A stretch of DNA of 64,000 bases from NCBI GenBank assembly GCA_030765525.1, contig JAVCCK010000034.1, forward strand, positions 86,126-150,125, read 5' to 3'. The notes under the pieces were generated by a model that was not told the DNA's origin, ran no database searches, and saw only the letters and a program-made list of their open reading frames with translations. Positions 19,384-29,418 of this stretch are shown here, piece after piece; the stretch's first letter is position 1, and each line of letters opens with the position of its first letter. Source of the stretch: Candidatus Lernaella stagnicola. Its GTDB lineage: Bacteria > Lernaellota > Lernaellaia > Lernaellales > Lernaellaceae. Both the position numbers and the translations under genes were made by a program.

Positions 19384-20361
19384 ATGACCAAACGAATCGG
19401 CATCACTACCACTGTTCCTCACGAAATCATCGTTGCCGCCGGATACGTTCCGGTCGACCTGAACAACGTGTTCGCCGATGACGCCGACTCGGAGGCGATG
19501 GTGGCAAGCGCCGAAGACGAGGGCTTTCCGGCCGGCGTCTGCGCGTGGATCAAAGGCTTGTACGCCGCGATGCGGGCCGGGCGGGCCGATGCCGTGGTCA
19601 CCGTCGTCAACGGCGATTGTTCCAATACCCAATCCTTGGCCGAAGTATTACGGCACCGCGGCATCGAGACGATCCCTTTTTCCTTCCCCGCCAAACCGCA
19701 ACCGGATCTGGTCGAGCGGGCTCTACAGGATTTCGCTGCCGAACTCGGTACCGAACTGGCGGCGGCCGAGCGCGTTCGCCGGGACTGGCAAGACATTCGC
19801 CGAAACCTAGCCGAGTTGGACCGCCTCGCGTGGCGCGAAAACAAGATTACCTCCGCCGAATTGCACCACTGGTTGCTTTCCTCCAGCGACTTCGGCGGTG
19901 ACGCGAATGCGTTTGGCCGCGAACTTGACGCCTTTCTCGACGACGCCCGCCGTCGGCCGGCGCAACCTGTCGCGCTTCCCCTTGCGCTGCTGGGGGTACC
20001 GCCGATTTTCACCGACCTGTTTGCGCGCCTCGAGGAGCGCGGCGCCCGCTTCGTTTTTTGTGAGGTGCCGCGGCAGTTCTCCATGCCGTATGAATGCCGG
20101 GACCTGGTCGAGCAGTTCTGCCGGTACACTTATCCCTACGATCTCAACCACCGGCTTGATGACTTGTTACCGCAACTGGCCGAGCGGCGCGTCGCCGGCG
20201 CGGTGCATTACGTGCAAGCCTTCTGCCACCGGCAGATCGATCACATTGTCATCAAGGACAAATCGCCGATTCCCGTCTTGGCGCTGGAGGGCGACCGCCC
20301 GGGCACCCTATCTGGGCAGGCGGTCACGCGCCTCGACGCCTTTCTGGAGATGCTCGCGTGA
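19384..20361 (+). CDS. 2-hydroxyacyl-CoA dehydratase family (HgdB/D-like) protein
   Basis: IGITTTVP.E, CAWIKG, GDCSNT, HYVQAFCHR, LEGD, RLDAFLEML. Confidence 0.8.
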   Translation: MTKRIGITTTVPHEIIVAAGYVPVDLNNVFADDADSEAMVASAEDEGFPAGVCAWIKGLYAAMRAGRADAVVTVVNGDCSNTQSLAEVLRHRGIETIPFSFPAKPQPDLVERALQDFAAELGTELAAAERVRRDWQDIRRNLAELDRLAWRENKITSAELHHWLLSSSDFGGDANAFGRELDAFLDDARRRPAQPVALPLALLGVPPIFTDLFARLEERGARFVFCEVPRQFSMPYECRDLVEQFCRYTYPYDLNHRLDDLLPQLAERRVAGAVHYVQAFCHRQIDHIVIKDKSPIPVLALEGDRPGTLSGQAVTRLDAFLEMLA

Positions 20362-21719
20362 GTGGCAAAACGTTTCGCCTCACCAGCCTGGGCTGCGCGA
20401 AAAACCTCGTCGATAGCGAGGGGCTCGCGGCCTTGTTGGTACGGGCCGGTTGGCGTCTGGTAGACGACGGCCCGGTCGATTTGGTCGTGGTCAACACGTG
20501 CAGTTTCGTCGAGGATGCCGCGCAAGAATCGGTCGATACGCTGCTGGCCGAGGTGGAGCAGAAGCGGGCCGGGCAGACGAGTCGGCTCGCGGCGGTGGGG
20601 TGCCTGCCGCAGAAATACGGTGACGAACTCGCCGACGCCATGCCCGAGCTCGATCTCGTGCTCGGCACCGGGGACCTAGGTTCGATCGTTCGCCGCCTCG
20701 AGCATTTGATCGACACCAACGAGCGGGAAATCGCCGTCGGCCCGCCGTCCGCGGTGTACGAGGAATGGCCCGCCCGTCTGCGGTCGCAGCCCGCGCACCG
20801 CGCCTATCTGAAAATCGCCGAAGGATGCGACAACGCCTGCGCCTTCTGCATCATCGGGCGCTTGCGCGGCCCCTTCCGCAGTCGCGCGCCTGAAGCGATT
20901 TTGGCCGAGGCGGCCGACCTGGGCGCAGCCGGCGTCGTCGAACTCAATTTGGTTGCGCAGGATTTGACGCTTTATGGGCGCGACCTCGCCTCCGCGACAA
21001 CGTTGGCCGAACTACTGCCGCGCCTATCCACCGCCGTGGACGACACCGCTTGCCGCCGCTTGCGATTGCTCTATTTGCACCCGGCGCGGGTCGAGGAAAA
21101 CCTGCTGCGAGTGATCGCCGAGACACCGCGGGTTGTCCCGTACCTCGACATGCCGCTCCAGCATGTCAGCGACCGCGTTTTGCAGCGGATGGGTCGGCCG
21201 CAGAACGCCGCCGATTCGCGCCGTGTTGTGGAACTGGCCCGCCGCCTGGTGCCCGACGTGGCGATCCGCACGACCTTCCTGCTCGGTCATCCCGGAGAGA
21301 GTGAGGACGACTTTGCGGCCTTGCTCGATTTCGTGGCGGAGTATCGTTTCGAACACCTCGGCGCGTTCGCGTGGTCGCCGGAAAAAGGCACCGTGTCATA
21401 TGAACAGGACGATTGGGTCGAAGCCGAATTGCGGGCCGAAAGGGTGGAGCGATTGATGGAATTGCAGCAGGGCGTCAGTCACGAACGGTTGCGCGAGCGG
21501 ATCGGTGGCGTAGTGGAATTGTTGGTCGAGGAGGTGCTCCATAAGCACGATGACGAGGCCTATTCGCACATCGGCCGTCTACCGCAACAAGCGCCCGAAA
21601 TCGACGGCGTCGTGTACCTTCGCGCGCCCCGCGAAGAGGCGTGCCGACCCGGGGACATCGTTCGCGCCGTTGTGACCGATGCCCACGACTACGATCTGTT
21701 CGCCGATCTACTCGCCTGA
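20358..21719 (+). CDS. rimO: Ribosomal protein S12 methylthiotransferase
   Basis: SLGCAKNLVDSE, NTCSF, AYLKIAEGCDNACAFCII, YLDMPLQH, APEIDG, C-terminal TRAM domain. Confidence 0.95.
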   Translation: MSGKTFRLTSLGCAKNLVDSEGLAALLVRAGWRLVDDGPVDLVVVNTCSFVEDAAQESVDTLLAEVEQKRAGQTSRLAAVGCLPQKYGDELADAMPELDLVLGTGDLGSIVRRLEHLIDTNEREIAVGPPSAVYEEWPARLRSQPAHRAYLKIAEGCDNACAFCIIGRLRGPFRSRAPEAILAEAADLGAAGVVELNLVAQDLTLYGRDLASATTLAELLPRLSTAVDDTACRRLRLLYLHPARVEENLLRVIAETPRVVPYLDMPLQHVSDRVLQRMGRPQNAADSRRVVELARRLVPDVAIRTTFLLGHPGESEDDFAALLDFVAEYRFEHLGAFAWSPEKGTVSYEQDDWVEAELRAERVERLMELQQGVSHERLRERIGGVVELLVEEVLHKHDDEAYSHIGRLPQQAPEIDGVVYLRAPREEACRPGDIVRAVVTDAHDYDLFADLLA

Positions 21720-22031
21720 TCCGCAGTCCTCGAGACACAACGCCAACGAAGTGCAGAGCCCCTTGTTTTCGAACACGCAGTCATCGATGCAGGCCCAGTC
21801 GTAGAATTGGTCATCGCGGCAGTAGGTGCGCGCGTCGCCGCGGTCCGGGTGCGCGCCGTCGTGGAGCGGCAAGTTCGTGTCGCAGTCGTCGTAGATGATT
21901 TCGACCAGTTCGTCGCATTCGAGGTCAGCCACCGCGTCGGGGTCATCCTCGTCGTTGCACGCGACGGCAAACACGGCGATCAGCAGGCAGCCGATGCAGA
22001 CCAGCACTCGCCGGGAAGAAGAGCCCGTCAA
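21708..22031 (-). CDS. Small Cys-rich acidic lipoprotein
   Basis: TTG start overlapping the upstream stop, GGAGG SD; lipobox AVAC then NDEDD; C-x7-YD-x-C-x20-C domain. Confidence 0.72.
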   Translation of the reverse strand: MTGSSSRRVLVCIGCLLIAVFAVACNDEDDPDAVADLECDELVEIIYDDCDTNLPLHDGAHPDRGDARTYCRDDQFYDWACIDDCVFENKGLCTSLALCLEDCGSGE

Positions 22032-24106
22032 CAGCCGCAACCTCCGTCCTCATCATCATTGTCATCGTCGTCATCATCGTCGTCGGCAGCCGGTTCGGCG
22101 GGAACAGAGTCGTCGTCGGTCGAATCATCCGGCAAACCTTCGGGCGAGACGCCCGGGAAATCTTCATCGATAAAACCGTCACAGTCCTCGTCGACGCCGT
22201 TGCCTTCTATCTCGGCCGCGCCGGGCCGGATCGACGGATTGCCGTCGGCGCAGTCGTTGCCGCCGCAGTTCGCGCCAGGGGACCCGTCGCCGTCGGCGTC
22301 ACAATTTTCACTTGCCAGCGCCCATCCGGCGAGCGCGAAGGTTTGCGTGGTCGTCAGGTCGGCGGCCGAGACCCGCACCGTCCACGTGCCTGCCGCGGGC
22401 TCGACGACTGTTACGCGTTCGACGTTGTTCCGGTCATCCACGCCCGTGACGGCGAGCTGGGCAGGATCGTCGGGGTTTAGCAGCCACGGCAAATACTCCG
22501 CCTTGTCTGGGCCGATCAAGCGCAATTCCAAATCGTTGACCAAGACGCGCACCGCACTCGCGGCGGCGGCGGGATCGTTCCACACAATCGTGATTTCCAG
22601 GACCGGCGAACCCGCCTCGATCTCCACGTCAAACTCGACGAAGTCTTCTTCCGAGGTTATCTCGCCGGCGGCGAACCCGTCGAAATACAGCATCGACAGG
22701 GCCGCTGCGACGTCGATGTGTCCCCAGCCGGTTTGGAAATCCGGCCCCGCGGCTTCCACGTCACGAGCCGTGGCGATCAACAGTGTTTTGGCCAACGCCG
22801 GTGTCCACTCGACGCCCAGATCGTCGGCCGCCTGGCGCAACAATCCCACTGCGCCGGTCACTTGCGGCGCGGCCATGCTCGTGCCGCACCACATGGATCC
22901 GGCGTAACCGCCGCCCGCTATCGTGGAAACGATGTAACCCGGCTTCGGAGGCATGCAGCCGGCCGCGACGACATCCGGCTTCAAGCGACCGTCGTCCGTC
23001 GGCCCGCGGCTTGAATAATCGCTGGTGGTCAGGCCGCCGTCCGCGCTGCCCACGGTGATCACGTTTTTCGCCGTGCCCGGCGGCGGCAAGCTGTGGTAAC
23101 CCTGTCGCGCCGCGATCTCGCAGTCGGACATCGAACCCATGTTCCCGGCCGCGAAGGTGACACCGAGCACCCCGCCGTGTTCGCCCATGACGGCGCGGTC
23201 GTATTCGGCCGTGAAGTCGTCGTAGCTGCCAAGGTAGGCGCAGTTGTCTTCTTCGTCGGACAGCGCGTAGACCCAGCTATTGTTGATCCAAATCGCGCCG
23301 TGGGCCGCGATATCGGCGATTTTTTCGGTCGGCCGATCGAAATCCCACGCCAGGATCGTCGCCCCGGGAGCCACGCCGCGATACAATCCGTCGCTTTCCA
23401 CGCCGTCACCAGCCATCGTGCCGCATACGTGGGTGGCGTGATCGCTTGGGCCGCCGGCTGCGAAATTTCCCAGACGCCCCGCGAAATCCGCGTGCAAGAC
23501 GCGCGCTTCATCGACAATCGCCAAGGTGACGTCGCGACCGGTTAGCGCCCAAGCGTCGGCGGCCTGTGCGAATTCGGCGCCGGTGATGTGGCGGATGTTG
23601 GCGTTGGCCGGTACCAAGCGCGGCGGCTGGGCCTCGATGAGCCACACGGTCGGTTCGGCGGCCAAGTCATCGCGCTTCGATCCGGTTGCGGTCACGACGG
23701 TCGATCGCCCGCGGTCGAAACGCCGCGTCCGCCATGTCGCCGGGGCGTCGTTGACTGCGCGCCGGGACATTTTCGCCGCCGGCGGCATCGGGCCGCACCA
23801 CACGACTTCCGGAGGCGGCGGCGTGCTGGGCGAGGCAGCGGCGACGACGTATCCATGGGGCGGCACCGGCGCAAGCCAGATGATTCCGTCCGGCGTCTCG
23901 CCATTGCGCGGTATGTTCACCGCCCGGTTCAAACGCACGAGGAAGGGGTGACCGGTGCGGGCGAGGGCGGCCCAGCGCACTTGTCGAATTTGGGTGGATA
24001 ACGCGGGAGCGTCCACGCGCGTGGCGACGAATTCAACCGCGGGCGCGGCCATCGCGGGGCAGGCCGAAAAAAGCAACAGTGCAATAATCCATTTGATCCG
24101 ATTCAT
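22028..24106 (-). CDS. Secreted S8 subtilase with C-terminal accessory domain, Cys/Asp metal-binding repeat and poly-Asp-GGCGC tail
   Basis: Triad IVD / HATHVCG / GTSMAAP; GPTDDGRLKPD; LVNDLEL...NNVE accessory domain; DCADGNPSIRPGAAEI..NGVDEDCDG repeat. Confidence 0.9.
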   Translation of the reverse strand: MNRIKWIIALLLFSACPAMAAPAVEFVATRVDAPALSTQIRQVRWAALARTGHPFLVRLNRAVNIPRNGETPDGIIWLAPVPPHGYVVAAASPSTPPPPEVVWCGPMPPAAKMSRRAVNDAPATWRTRRFDRGRSTVVTATGSKRDDLAAEPTVWLIEAQPPRLVPANANIRHITGAEFAQAADAWALTGRDVTLAIVDEARVLHADFAGRLGNFAAGGPSDHATHVCGTMAGDGVESDGLYRGVAPGATILAWDFDRPTEKIADIAAHGAIWINNSWVYALSDEEDNCAYLGSYDDFTAEYDRAVMGEHGGVLGVTFAAGNMGSMSDCEIAARQGYHSLPPPGTAKNVITVGSADGGLTTSDYSSRGPTDDGRLKPDVVAAGCMPPKPGYIVSTIAGGGYAGSMWCGTSMAAPQVTGAVGLLRQAADDLGVEWTPALAKTLLIATARDVEAAGPDFQTGWGHIDVAAALSMLYFDGFAAGEITSEEDFVEFDVEIEAGSPVLEITIVWNDPAAAASAVRVLVNDLELRLIGPDKAEYLPWLLNPDDPAQLAVTGVDDRNNVERVTVVEPAAGTWTVRVSAADLTTTQTFALAGWALASENCDADGDGSPGANCGGNDCADGNPSIRPGAAEIEGNGVDEDCDGFIDEDFPGVSPEGLPDDSTDDDSVPAEPAADDDDDDDDNDDEDGGCGC

Positions 24107-24172
24107 CGGATAATTCTAGCAGAGACGGTGACGCCGGGGAACGAAGAAGAAACGCGCGTCAAAGCGGGGCGA

Positions 24173-24685
24173 TCACGTCGCGGGGCGGCCTTGATTGACG
24201 TCGAACTCGTACACCAGGCTGGCCTCGAAGCGATCGAGATTTCCCTGCAGGTCTTCTTCTTCGTAGTACAAGGTTAGCTGGAAGTTCAGAAAAATCGGCA
24301 CGGAATTGATTTGCGGAATGTAGAACTCAAAGTCCGTCTCTTTTTCGTCGGCGTCAAACTCGACGAGATACGAATCGTCCTTGATGGCGTCCGGGTTGAT
24401 CAGCTCGAAAGTGCCGAAAAGATCTTTATCCTGGAATCGGTCGTAGTCATTCAAACTCACGCGGCATTGCACACGCGAGCCGACGATGCCATTGGTATTG
24501 CTGAAGCGCGCGCGACCGATCACCGCGCTCTGCACGAAGCCGAACACGTGGTCTTGATCCACGCGCAAATTGATCTTCACCGAGTTGTCGCCTTTTTCTT
24601 CTTCGTCCTCACCATCGTCTGTGCATGCCGCCGCGAGCAGGCAACAGGGGAGAAGCAGCAAAAGTAGTATTCGGTACCAGCGCAT
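24173..24685 (-). CDS. Predicted lipoprotein, unknown function
   Basis: GGAGG SD; MRWYRILLLLLL...LAAAC, acidic linker, beta-rich domain. Confidence 0.72.
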   Translation of the reverse strand: MRWYRILLLLLLPCCLLAAACTDDGEDEEEKGDNSVKINLRVDQDHVFGFVQSAVIGRARFSNTNGIVGSRVQCRVSLNDYDRFQDKDLFGTFELINPDAIKDDSYLVEFDADEKETDFEFYIPQINSVPIFLNFQLTLYYEEEDLQGNLDRFEASLVYEFDVNQGRPAT

Positions 24686-24890
24686 TCCAACGCCTCCGGG
24701 TAATTCGCGTTCGGTTAGCCTTTGGTATGCCAGCACGCGATTTGTGTCAACTCGTCTATAACACGCTTGACCCTCTTTCCCCTCGTGCTTTAATGGCGGA
24801 GTCAATTCTTTCCGTGCAACAGAACGTTTGGGCCTGAGGTCTAAACTTATCGCTACGGGTGCTCCGGGCGATATCCGACAGGAGGAAATC

Positions 24891-25694
24891 ATGTGGGAAC
24901 GATTCAAACGCTGGGTGCGTAGTGTATTCGGCGGCGCCATTGATTCGATGGAAGATCCGGAAAAGATCCTTAGACAAAATATCCGGGATATGACCGATCA
25001 GATCCCCCGCATGAACGAGTCGCTGGCCATGCTCCGGGCAAACGTGACGCTCTTGGCCAACCGCGCGAAGAAACGACAGACGCTTCTGGACGGGCTCAAG
25101 GCCAAAATCAAGGCCGCGCTCCAAGCCGGTCGACGGGACATCGCCTTGACCTATGCCACCCAAATGGAACAACTCCAGCGCGAAATCGGCGGCGATCAGG
25201 AGCAGCTTCGTATCAGCGAGGAAGGATACGAAAAAGCCGTCAAGGTTAAAGAAGCCTTTCTAGCCGAGAAAAGACGCAAAATCGAAGAAGCGCAGCAGGC
25301 GATCGCCAAGCACAAACAGTCCGAATGGCAGAAGAAGGTCGCCGACGCGATGGAATCCTTCGAAGTGGCCGGTGTCGACCAAACTCACGATGAAATGATT
25401 GACCGCATCGAGCAGGAATCGGCGCTCAACCAAGCCCGCTTGGAAATGGCGCTCGACAATATCGACGTTCATTCCATGGAAATCGAACGTGAGGCCCAGG
25501 AAATCCAAGCCAATGAAATCCTAAAGCAATTCGAGATGGAGCTGGGCCTTACCGATGGCGAAGCGGCCGAAAAGACGCTCGGTCCGGGGGAGGCGGTGCT
25601 CGCCAACGTGGAAGCCGAAACCCAAGCGGAGGAAGTTGCCGTGGCGGAACCGGAGGTCGTCAAGACCGTCGGGCCGAAAAAACCGGGTGAATAG
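24891..25694 (+). CDS. pspA: PspA/IM30 family protein
   Basis: IDSMEDPEKILRQNIRDM, AALQAGRRDIA, long coiled coil; SD AGGAGG. Confidence 0.88.
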   Translation: MWERFKRWVRSVFGGAIDSMEDPEKILRQNIRDMTDQIPRMNESLAMLRANVTLLANRAKKRQTLLDGLKAKIKAALQAGRRDIALTYATQMEQLQREIGGDQEQLRISEEGYEKAVKVKEAFLAEKRRKIEEAQQAIAKHKQSEWQKKVADAMESFEVAGVDQTHDEMIDRIEQESALNQARLEMALDNIDVHSMEIEREAQEIQANEILKQFEMELGLTDGEAAEKTLGPGEAVLANVEAETQAEEVAVAEPEVVKTVGPKKPGE

Positions 25695-25849
25695 GCGGAA
25701 AACGGGGTAAAAACCGGATAAATTTGGCAAAATATGGCTGAATTTTGCGGTTTTTCGTAAAGTGCGCGAATTTTCGCTTTTTTCGTTAAAGAAATCTTCT
25801 CACTTGGCCGATTATCCAAACAGGCACTGTGCTTGAATTGGATTGGATT

Positions 25850-26836
25850 ATGAATGCGGCTGAATTTTATAGGGGTTTCCTGCTAAACAACGGACGTCTG
25901 GTCGTGCTGGCAATGGATCCTAATCTCCAAATTGTCGAAGCCGGCCAGGGTTGCGTTCAGGCGCTAGGTTATCCCACTGAAGAACTCGTCGGCAGAAACT
26001 TGTATGAGTTTCTCGTCGCCGAGTCTCGTGATGCCACTTACCAACTCACCGATGTGGATCATTTCGCCAACGAAACCATCACCCTGCGCACGGCTGACGG
26101 CCGCAAAACGCCACTTTTAGCCTCCTTTTTCCGTGATGATAAAGGCGTGGTGCTGGTCGGCGAGGTTCTCGACCTCGATGTGAAAAATCGCGACGCCCTT
26201 CTGGAAATGCACAAGAAATCCTTCAGCCTTGCCAAGGAAATCGAAGAGTTGCGGCAACGCAACGAGAACCTGGATATGGTCAACCATTGGCTGCGCGAAA
26301 AAGCGGTGACCGATCCCCATACCGGGCTGTACAAACGCAACCACCTTGACCGACTGCTCAAAGCCGAATGGGAACGCGCCAAGCGTTACATGGCCGATCT
26401 GAGCTTCATGCTCACGGGAATCGACGGCCTGCGCGCGTTTCGCGAAGTGCAGGGAGATGACGCCGCCACCCGCGTGATGCGGGGCGTTTCGCGCGTGCTG
26501 GACGGCCGCAAGCGTCTGTTTGACATCCTGGGGCACTTCGATAACGAGACCTTCTTCCTGATTCTGCCGCACACCAATGCCAAGGGCGCGCGGGAGTTCG
26601 GCGAACGCCTCCTGCAAATGCTGCATAACCGGGAAATTCGAGCCGGCGGATACCCCTTCCACATCTTCTTGTCGATCGGGACCGCGAGCTACCACAACCG
26701 CAACTTACCGCTCAAGAGCCATGAAGAGTTGATCCATGCGTCGGTCGACTTCCTCGGCCAAGCCCAGTTGGCCGGCGGCAACCAGGTGTTCAGCCGGCAG
26801 TCGCCGCCGACGAAGTTGCGCGTCGCCAACCCCTGA
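25850..26836 (+). CDS. PAS + coiled coil + degenerate GGDEF protein
   Basis: PAS (LGYPTEELVGRN), TDPHTGLYKR, SIG; the GGDEF position reads DNETF and DID reads GID. Confidence 0.85.
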   Translation: MNAAEFYRGFLLNNGRLVVLAMDPNLQIVEAGQGCVQALGYPTEELVGRNLYEFLVAESRDATYQLTDVDHFANETITLRTADGRKTPLLASFFRDDKGVVLVGEVLDLDVKNRDALLEMHKKSFSLAKEIEELRQRNENLDMVNHWLREKAVTDPHTGLYKRNHLDRLLKAEWERAKRYMADLSFMLTGIDGLRAFREVQGDDAATRVMRGVSRVLDGRKRLFDILGHFDNETFFLILPHTNAKGAREFGERLLQMLHNREIRAGGYPFHIFLSIGTASYHNRNLPLKSHEELIHASVDFLGQAQLAGGNQVFSRQSPPTKLRVANP

Positions 26837-26928
26837 TCGGAACCCCAACGCGAAAACCATGTCGCCTAGCCGGGCGTATCTTCCAAAAGTTCACGCTGTT
26901 TCACCACGTTGCGGGCGCCGTGCGCACG

Positions 26929-26957
26929 TTGACATCCAGGGGACCAAAGGATACTTT
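26929..26957 (+). promoter_or_regulatory. Putative sigma70 promoter for tatBC
   Basis: TTGACA-N17-TACTTT. Confidence 0.55.
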
Positions 26958-26995
26958 CGCGGTCTGGAAAGCAGCCGGAAAGGGCGGGATAAAAT

Positions 26996-27454
26996 ATGTT
27001 CGGCATGAGTTTTGGCGAGATCGTGGTCGTACTGGTGCTCGCCCTGGTTGTCGTCGGACCGAAGAACCTGCCCAAGGTCGCTCGTTCCATGGGCCGGGCC
27101 TATGCCTGGGTCCGCCACCACCTCGCTGTCATGCAACGCGAAATCAACATGGAAATGCGACGCATCGACATGGAGGTCCGGGAGAGCGCGACGGAACCCA
27201 ATGTCGCCGGGAAGCAGGAGGCGACGCCCGATCCGGGACCCGCCTACGACGACTCGGAGTCACCACAGCCGCCCGAGCACGACGCGAGCATATTGGAAGG
27301 CGGCGAACCGGATGATAAGCCGCCGGTGGAAATCAGCACCACCGGCAATCCACGCATTCCGCCCAGCGATCCGGACGCAGACGAAGACAAGCCCGGCCGC
27401 GCGTCCGTCGAAGATAGCGTCGCCTTCTCCGCCGGGGAGGATAGCGATCAGTGA
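26996..27454 (+). CDS. tatB: Tat translocase subunit TatB (TatA/B family)
   Basis: MFGMSFGEIVVVLVLALVVVGPKNLPKVAR; acidic tail; upstream of tatC. Confidence 0.88.
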   Translation: MFGMSFGEIVVVLVLALVVVGPKNLPKVARSMGRAYAWVRHHLAVMQREINMEMRRIDMEVRESATEPNVAGKQEATPDPGPAYDDSESPQPPEHDASILEGGEPDDKPPVEISTTGNPRIPPSDPDADEDKPGRASVEDSVAFSAGEDSDQ

Positions 27455-28281
27455 CCGACATCGGCAGCCCGCCACCGCCTCCTACAACGCCGCTCGACAT
27501 GTCGCGCGACGGTACGATGGGCATTCTCGACCATTTGCGGGAATTGCGTAACGCGATTGCTTTCGCGCTGCTTTCGATTGCCGTGGCGAGCATACTCGGC
27601 ATCGTTTTCGCGCACGATATCTTCCGCGTGCTGACCCTGCCGCTTATGGAGATTTACAACCGGATCGGCCACGAGCAGAAACTGATTTTCACATCGCCGC
27701 CCGAAGGATTCATCACGTATTTGAAGGTCGGTGTTTTTGCCGGTCTTCTGGCCGCGACGCCGCTCTGGATGTTTTTTATGGGACGTTTCGTGTGGGTAGG
27801 GTTGTACCCGCTGGAACGGCGATTCCTGATGGTTTTCGTCGCCGTGGGATCGTTCCTGTTTGTCATTGGCGGGGCGTTCGGCTATTTCCGGATTTTTCCA
27901 TTGGGATTGAGTTTCCTGATTGAGAACTACCGCAGCGAAAGCCTGGAAGCGTTGATCAGCGCGCGGGAATATTTTTCGTTTGCGGTTCGACTTATTCTCG
28001 CTTTTGGGTTAGCTTTCCAATTGCCGCTTGTGCTCTTCCTTCTGGGTCGGCTGGGAGTTGTGACGGCGCGGGGGCTGCTGCGAGGCATTAGGTGGGCGAT
28101 ATTGATCATCTTTATCGCCGCCGCGGTTTTGACGCCGCCGGACGTGGTGACGCAGATCGGCCTAGGTTTACCGTTGATTTTCTTGTACCTGGCCGGCGTA
28201 TTGGCAGTAGCCCTATTCGGGAAGCGTAAGAAACCGGATGAAGTGAGTGACGACGCAGCCGACGCCGAAAAAACCGCGTGA
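27451..28281 (+). CDS. tatC: Tat translocase subunit TatC
   Basis: LDHLRELR, GLYPLE, FGLAFQLP, AAVLTPPDVVTQ. Confidence 0.95.
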   Translation: MTDIGSPPPPPTTPLDMSRDGTMGILDHLRELRNAIAFALLSIAVASILGIVFAHDIFRVLTLPLMEIYNRIGHEQKLIFTSPPEGFITYLKVGVFAGLLAATPLWMFFMGRFVWVGLYPLERRFLMVFVAVGSFLFVIGGAFGYFRIFPLGLSFLIENYRSESLEALISAREYFSFAVRLILAFGLAFQLPLVLFLLGRLGVVTARGLLRGIRWAILIIFIAAAVLTPPDVVTQIGLGLPLIFLYLAGVLAVALFGKRKKPDEVSDDAADAEKTA

Positions 28282-28380
28282 TGTCAAAGGGTACGGTGTC
28301 TCGACTGACGTCGGGACGGTTTTGCATATTCGTCAAAAGCAGGTAGCATAAGCGCGAAAACAGGTGCAGACGGAGACGAC

Positions 28381-29415
28381 TTGAAGCGACGCATTCGGCC
28401 GATCTTGGTGATAGCAGCAATCGTTTTGGCGCTCGTTTCGTGCCAAACGGCGCAAAAGAAAAACGAGTTAGTACAAACCGAACTCGCGTGGTGGGAAAAT
28501 GCGCAGGCTCCCGAAGACGAGCAGGCGATCCGCGAGCGCGCCAAGGATATGCTCGACACCATCCGCAAGCGCCGCCCGGTGTACCGCATCGGCCCGGAAG
28601 ATATGTTGCGAGTCGCCATTTGGAACCGCCCGGACCTGAGCAAAGAGGGCCGGGTGCGCAACGACGGTATCTTCTTCCTACCCCTGATCGGCAACATCAA
28701 GGCCGACGGCTTGTCGGTCGCAGAGCTTCAAACCGTGCTCCGCGAAAAATTCGGCCGCCTACTTCGCGATCCGCAGGTTGACGTCGAGATCATCGAATAC
28801 GGCAGCAAGGTCTATTACGTATTCGGGCAGGTCTACAAACCGGGCGTGTATCCCGTCAAAGCCACCAGCTCCGTGCTCGAGGGTGTGGCCGGGGCCGGCG
28901 GCACGACCGAAAAGGCGAACCTCGGCGCAGCCTATCTCATCCGTGCCGGCACGGTTGTGCCGATCGATTTCTACCGCCTGTTCGAACGCGGCGACATCGG
29001 CCAAAACCTATTGCTGGCCGACGGCGACATCATCTACGTGCCCGACATTGCCGACTCCAAGGTGTACGTGCTGGGCGAAGTAAACGCCGCGACCGCAGTA
29101 CCGATGCGCGGCACTCGCATGCGGCTTTCCGAAGCGGTCGCGATGGCCGGGGGCTTCAACGAGATCACCGCCTTCAAGCGCGGCATCAAAATCATTCGCG
29201 GCGGTTTAGGCAATCCCCGCGTGTACACGGTCAATTACGAAGACATTCGCCGCGGCAAGGTGCCGGATATCGCCTTTTTACAGAACGGCGACATCGTGTA
29301 CGTGCCCGCCGGCGGGCTAACGAAATGGGACCGCGTAATGGGTCAATTGTTACCCAACTTGAGCCGCATCATCGTCGATGCGGCGGCGATCGACTCGCTG
29401 ACGGGAAACCGCTAA
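28381..29415 (+). CDS. wza: Polysaccharide export lipoprotein (Wza/OPX)
   Basis: Lipobox LVSC; YRIGPEDML, DG.FFLPLIG, GQVYKPG, two SLBB-like GDIIYVP motifs. Confidence 0.9.
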   Translation: MKRRIRPILVIAAIVLALVSCQTAQKKNELVQTELAWWENAQAPEDEQAIRERAKDMLDTIRKRRPVYRIGPEDMLRVAIWNRPDLSKEGRVRNDGIFFLPLIGNIKADGLSVAELQTVLREKFGRLLRDPQVDVEIIEYGSKVYYVFGQVYKPGVYPVKATSSVLEGVAGAGGTTEKANLGAAYLIRAGTVVPIDFYRLFERGDIGQNLLLADGDIIYVPDIADSKVYVLGEVNAATAVPMRGTRMRLSEAVAMAGGFNEITAFKRGIKIIRGGLGNPRVYTVNYEDIRRGKVPDIAFLQNGDIVYVPAGGLTKWDRVMGQLLPNLSRIIVDAAAIDSLTGNR

Positions 29416-29418
29416 ACG

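Noticed and set aside
21977..22031. Selenocysteine readthrough or programmed frameshift extending GGCGC into a TM helix
   Set aside because: In-frame readthrough gives a short non-TM peptide; no slippery site; the downstream frame has its own SD, TTG and lipobox.
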